Origin: Candidatus Latescibacterota bacterium
Lineage (GTDB): Bacteria; Latescibacterota; UBA2968; UBA8231
Assembly: GCA_965208105.1 (NCBI GenBank)
Contig: OZ242318.1
Span: 4,352,001-4,416,000, forward strand
Length of the DNA: 64,000 bases
Reading direction: 5' to 3'
Part shown: positions 60,357 through 64,000 of the stretch, piece after piece
Layout of the letters: each line of letters begins with the position of its first letter
Numbering within the stretch: the first letter of the stretch is position 1
The notes under the pieces: model-generated
The model's database searches: none
Told to the model about the DNA's origin: nothing
The model's input: only the letters and a program-made list of their open reading frames with translations
Made by a program: the position numbers and the translations under genes

Positions 60357-63300
60357 TCAGTTGGCCCGCCGCGGGTCCGGCCGCCTGCCGGAACCTCCCT
60401 GCCGGGAAGGCCCTGGTTTTCTCCGTTCCACCAGTTGCCCCAGGTCCCAGCGCACCGGTATGCGCATGCGCCCCTCGTCCTTGCGGTCGAAGAGGAGGTA
60501 GCCCCGCTCCAGGCCGTGGCGAAAGAGATCGCGGGTGATCTCCACGTCCTTGCGGCAGTATTTTTCGATAAGGTCCATGCGCCCTTCCTTGTACCAGCGC
60601 AGGGCCTGCAGCCCGTCCGCCGATTTCGGCGTGTTCAAGGTGGCCTTGGCCAGGGCGTCCAGGCTGACCCTGTAGCTGAGGCGGGCGTACACCTCGCGCA
60701 GGATGTCCAGGGTGTTCAACTGGCGGAAGTCGAACCTGGTGTAGCCCCTGAGGACGCTGTAGTCGAAGCCGGCGATATTGAAGCCTATGACCAGGTCCGC
60801 GCTGCGCAGGTGCTCGACCAGGGCTTCCACTTCGTTTTCGAAATAAGGCGAAAAGCCGTCGAGATGGCTGTCCCAGACGATTCCCACGGACATGCCCATG
60901 AGATAGGCCTTGTCCCAGCCGCCCACCTCGCTGGCGCTGCGCATGGTTTCCAGGTCGAAGACCGCCAGCCGCGGTCCCCGGTCCGCAATTTCCTCTTCCT
61001 CTCCACCTTCTTCCTCCTCTTCCCACGAGGCGAAGAGCGGCGGCTCGTCCCCGGCGCCGGGCAGGGGGTCCACTCCCAGAGACCGGCGCCCGCTGAGGAG
61101 GCGGAGCAGGTGAATGCAGCCGGCCTTGTCCAGGGGCGCGTTGCCGGCGCCGCAGGTGGGAAAGTGGATACAGGAAGGGCAGCCCTGCTCGCACTCGCAG
61201 GCTTCCACCAGCTCCAGGGTCATCTCCAGGAGGCGGTCGAGCACCACGAATCCCTTCTCGGCCAGGCCGATGCCGCCGGGGTAGTAGTCGTAGATGAAGA
61301 TCGCCCCCTTGCGAATCTGGGGATGGAGGGGATAGCAGATGCCGCCCACGTCGGTGCGGTTGCTCAGGGCGAGGAGGGGGAAGAGGGACTTCACGGCATG
61401 CTCGACCGCGTGAATCGAGCCCATGTAGTGGAATCCCCGGCGCCGCAGTTCCTTCTGGAAAGGGGGATCCAGCTCCAGCCAGAATCCGGTGGTTTCGAAG
61501 TGCTCCACCGGCGCCTCGAGCGGGTGGCGGCTGAGGACGAGCTGGTCGCCGACGCGGATCTTCTCGTAGCCCACCACCTGGGAGCTGACCTTGAGGCGGC
61601 CGTATTTGGCCAGATAGCCCGGCATGGGCCTGGACCGCAGCTCCTCGAGGACCTCGGTCTCCTTCTCGGTGAGGGCGCGGGTGTAGTAGGGTTCGTCCAC
61701 TTCGCGGGCGAAGATCCGCCGCCTGGCCGCATCTCTGCCGGAGATGAGAAACTGGCGCCCGCGGTGCAGGTAGACGGCGCCGTCGTAGCACTCGGAGTAG
61801 ACCTGGCTGCCGCTCACCGTGGCGATGACCTTCGTCGTATCCTGGCGGCAGATGGTCCAGGCCTCGCCGATGGCGCGCATGTTGACCAGGCGATGCGGCC
61901 GCCGCCGCGCCGCGTACCAGGCGTCGCCCTCCGCGCTCTGCAGCAGGACGCCCTCTTCCACCAGTTCCTCCAGGGCCTGGCGCCAGCCCGGGAGGTCGTA
62001 TTCGGCCTCGTGCAGGGCGAGGGGCAGCTCGCGCGCGGCGCAGGCCAGATGGCTTTTGAGGATGTAGGGGTTGGCAGGGTCGACCACGGCGTCCTCGAAG
62101 GAGCGCCCGAAGAATTGCCCCGGGTGCTTCATGAAGAACTGGTCCAAGGCGTCCTTGCTGGCGATGAGAATGATCAGGGACTCGCGGCTGGAGCGGCCCA
62201 CCCTCCCGGCGCGCTGCCAGGTGCTGACGATGGAGCCGGGATAGCCCACCAGGATGCACACGTCCAGGCTGCCCAGGTCGATCCCCAGCTCGAGGGCGGA
62301 GGTCGATACCACCCCGACCAGGTCGCCGCTGTTGAGCGCGGCTTCGATCTGGCGCCGCTCCTCGGGCAGGTAGCCGGCGCGATAGGAGCTGATGAGGGGG
62401 CGCAGGTCGGGGCGCTTGGCCGTGGCCCAGCGGTAGATGAGCTCGGTGATGACCCGGGCGCGGGTGAAGACGATGGTGCGGAAACTCCGTCCCACGCTCT
62501 GTTGCAGCAGCTGCGCCGCCAGGGTGTTGGGGCTCTCCCCGGGGTTGAGGAAGACGAAGTGGCGCGGGGCGCTGGGTGCGCCGTTATCCACTATGGGGTG
62601 GAAGGTCCGGTTCACCAGCCTGGAAGCCAGCTCCTCGGGGTTGCCGATGGTGGCCGAGCAGGCGATGTAGGTGGGGGCGCTGCCGTAGGAGGCGCAGACG
62701 CGGTTGAAGCGGCGGAAGAGATGGAGGACGTGGGAGCCGAAGACTCCGCTGTAGGTGTGGAGCTCGTCGATGACGACGTATTTGAGCGCGGCGAAGAAGG
62801 ATGCCCAGTGCTCGTGGAAGGCGAGCAGGGCGGCGTGCAGCATGTCCGGAGTGGTGATGAGCACGTGCGGCGGCGCGGCCTTGATTTTGGATCGGCGATG
62901 GGCGGTGGTGTCGCCGTCGTAGATGTCCACCCGCAGTCCCCGGTCGAGGCGCCCCAGCAGGGTCTTGAGCTCGTCGAACTGGTCCTGCTCCAGGGCCTTG
63001 AGCGGAAAGATGTAAAGCGCCCTGCCGCCCGGGTCCCGCAGGAGGGAGGCGATCACCGGCGCGTTGTAGACCAGGGTCTTGCCGCTTGACGTGGGTGTGG
63101 CCAGGGCCACGTGCTCGCCCTTCCAGGCTCTTTCGATGCCCTCGGCCTGGTGGCTGTACAGGGCCGGGACCCCGGCGGCGGCGACCACCCGGGCAATCTC
63201 TGCAGGCAGGTGGTCCATGCCGTCCGCCAGGTGCTCCGGGTGCGGCTGGATGGTCTCCTCGTGCACCAGGGAATGGGCGAGGACGCTGCGTTTGAGAGAG

Positions 63301-63362
63301 CCCAGAAAGGCGGATACGGGTTGGGGGGAAGGGCTGTCATCGGGGCTGGCCTGGCGTATCAC
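60357..63362 (-). CDS. DEAH-box helicase with DUF1998 Zn domain fused to RNase H-like exonuclease (MrfA/MrfB-like)
   Basis: PTSSGKT, DELH, SATIGN, QRAGRVGR, CECEQGCPSC; C-terminal FDLET...GFNIAGFD...YCRKD. Confidence 0.92.
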   Translation of the reverse strand: MIRQASPDDSPSPQPVSAFLGSLKRSVLAHSLVHEETIQPHPEHLADGMDHLPAEIARVVAAAGVPALYSHQAEGIERAWKGEHVALATPTSSGKTLVYNAPVIASLLRDPGGRALYIFPLKALEQDQFDELKTLLGRLDRGLRVDIYDGDTTAHRRSKIKAAPPHVLITTPDMLHAALLAFHEHWASFFAALKYVVIDELHTYSGVFGSHVLHLFRRFNRVCASYGSAPTYIACSATIGNPEELASRLVNRTFHPIVDNGAPSAPRHFVFLNPGESPNTLAAQLLQQSVGRSFRTIVFTRARVITELIYRWATAKRPDLRPLISSYRAGYLPEERRQIEAALNSGDLVGVVSTSALELGIDLGSLDVCILVGYPGSIVSTWQRAGRVGRSSRESLIILIASKDALDQFFMKHPGQFFGRSFEDAVVDPANPYILKSHLACAARELPLALHEAEYDLPGWRQALEELVEEGVLLQSAEGDAWYAARRRPHRLVNMRAIGEAWTICRQDTTKVIATVSGSQVYSECYDGAVYLHRGRQFLISGRDAARRRIFAREVDEPYYTRALTEKETEVLEELRSRPMPGYLAKYGRLKVSSQVVGYEKIRVGDQLVLSRHPLEAPVEHFETTGFWLELDPPFQKELRRRGFHYMGSIHAVEHAVKSLFPLLALSNRTDVGGICYPLHPQIRKGAIFIYDYYPGGIGLAEKGFVVLDRLLEMTLELVEACECEQGCPSCIHFPTCGAGNAPLDKAGCIHLLRLLSGRRSLGVDPLPGAGDEPPLFASWEEEEEGGEEEEIADRGPRLAVFDLETMRSASEVGGWDKAYLMGMSVGIVWDSHLDGFSPYFENEVEALVEHLRSADLVIGFNIAGFDYSVLRGYTRFDFRQLNTLDILREVYARLSYRVSLDALAKATLNTPKSADGLQALRWYKEGRMDLIEKYCRKDVEITRDLFRHGLERGYLLFDRKDEGRMRIPVRWDLGQLVERRKPGPSRQGGSGRRPDPRRAN

Positions 63363-63596
63363 GATGCGGGGGTCCTCGGCTTTGCAAAGGGATGGTATGG
63401 TCTAGAATAGGAGGTTTCCTTCATGTTTTCAAGGCCGCCGTGGGAACCGGGAGGAATGAGGGGAATCCCGGTAAAATTTCAGCCATGGCCGACTTCCATC
63501 CGCAGCACAAATGGGAATGGATGGGCGATTGCTTATATTTCCTGTTGAGACCTTTGTTCGATTTCTCGGAAGAGGCTCTGCGGAGGAAGATCGTTC

Positions 63597-64000
63597 ATGC
63601 GAGTGCTGGTGACCGGCGGGGCCGGCTATATCGGCAGTCACACCTGCCTGGAGTTGCTGCGGGCTGGGTGCGAAGTCGTGGTGGTCGACAACCTCGCCAA
63701 CAGCAGGGAAGAATCCCTGCAGCGGGTGCAGAAGCTGAGCGGCAGAAGCCTGGAGTTCCACCAGGTGGACCTCCTCGACCGCAAGGCCCTGGAGACCGTG
63801 TTCCGCCGCTCTTCCATCGACGCGGTGGTTCATTTCGCCGCCCTCAAGGCCGTGGGCGAATCGGTGGCCAGGCCCCTGCACTACTACCACAACAACCTCA
63901 CCGGGACCCTGAACCTGGCCGCGGTGATGAACGAGTTCGAGGTCAGGAAGCTGATATTCAGCTCCTCCGCCACGGTCTACGGCAATCCCGGCGCCGTGCC
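63597..64000 (+). CDS. galE: UDP-glucose 4-epimerase, runs off window end
   Basis: [36 protein letters not shown]. Confidence 0.95.
   Translation, partial: MRVLVTGGAGYIGSHTCLELLRAGCEVVVVDNLANSREESLQRVQKLSGRSLEFHQVDLLDRKALETVFRRSSIDAVVHFAALKAVGESVARPLHYYHNNLTGTLNLAAVMNEFEVRKLIFSSSATVYGNPGAV

Noticed and set aside
60435-63089. 884-aa plus-strand ORF
   Set aside because: Antisense shadow of the helicase gene

Overview
GC-rich bacterial DNA in two parts. Positions ~1-47,100 are an accessory patchwork: intact single catabolic genes (3 PhyH dioxygenases, dehydrogenases, sulfatase/phosphoesterases, sialidase-like and other glycosidase-like proteins, enolase-superfamily, LarA-like) alternate with more than a dozen short fragments of unrelated genes and at least eight co-oriented remnants of one IS91/ISCR-family element. 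Three remnants keep the oriIS-like end and an outward sigma70-like promoter. Inside this patchwork, ~6-18 kb looks like a defence/conflict pocket: a Fic protein, a decayed UDG-like gene, a SIR2 + TIR/NDT-like + HEPN-like protein, and an AT-richer coupled operon of a pentapeptide-repeat ion channel and a nucleotidyltransferase that matches the Hailong (HalA-HalB) architecture. Positions ~47,100-64,000 are ordinary core genes (fbaB, gdhA, split pntA + pntB, Hcy methyltransferase, ahcY, eda, Fe-ADH, aminotransferases, msrB, DUF1998 helicase-exonuclease fusion, galE). No rRNA, tRNA, CRISPR array or integrase was seen. All family calls come from motif recognition by eye; no searches were run.
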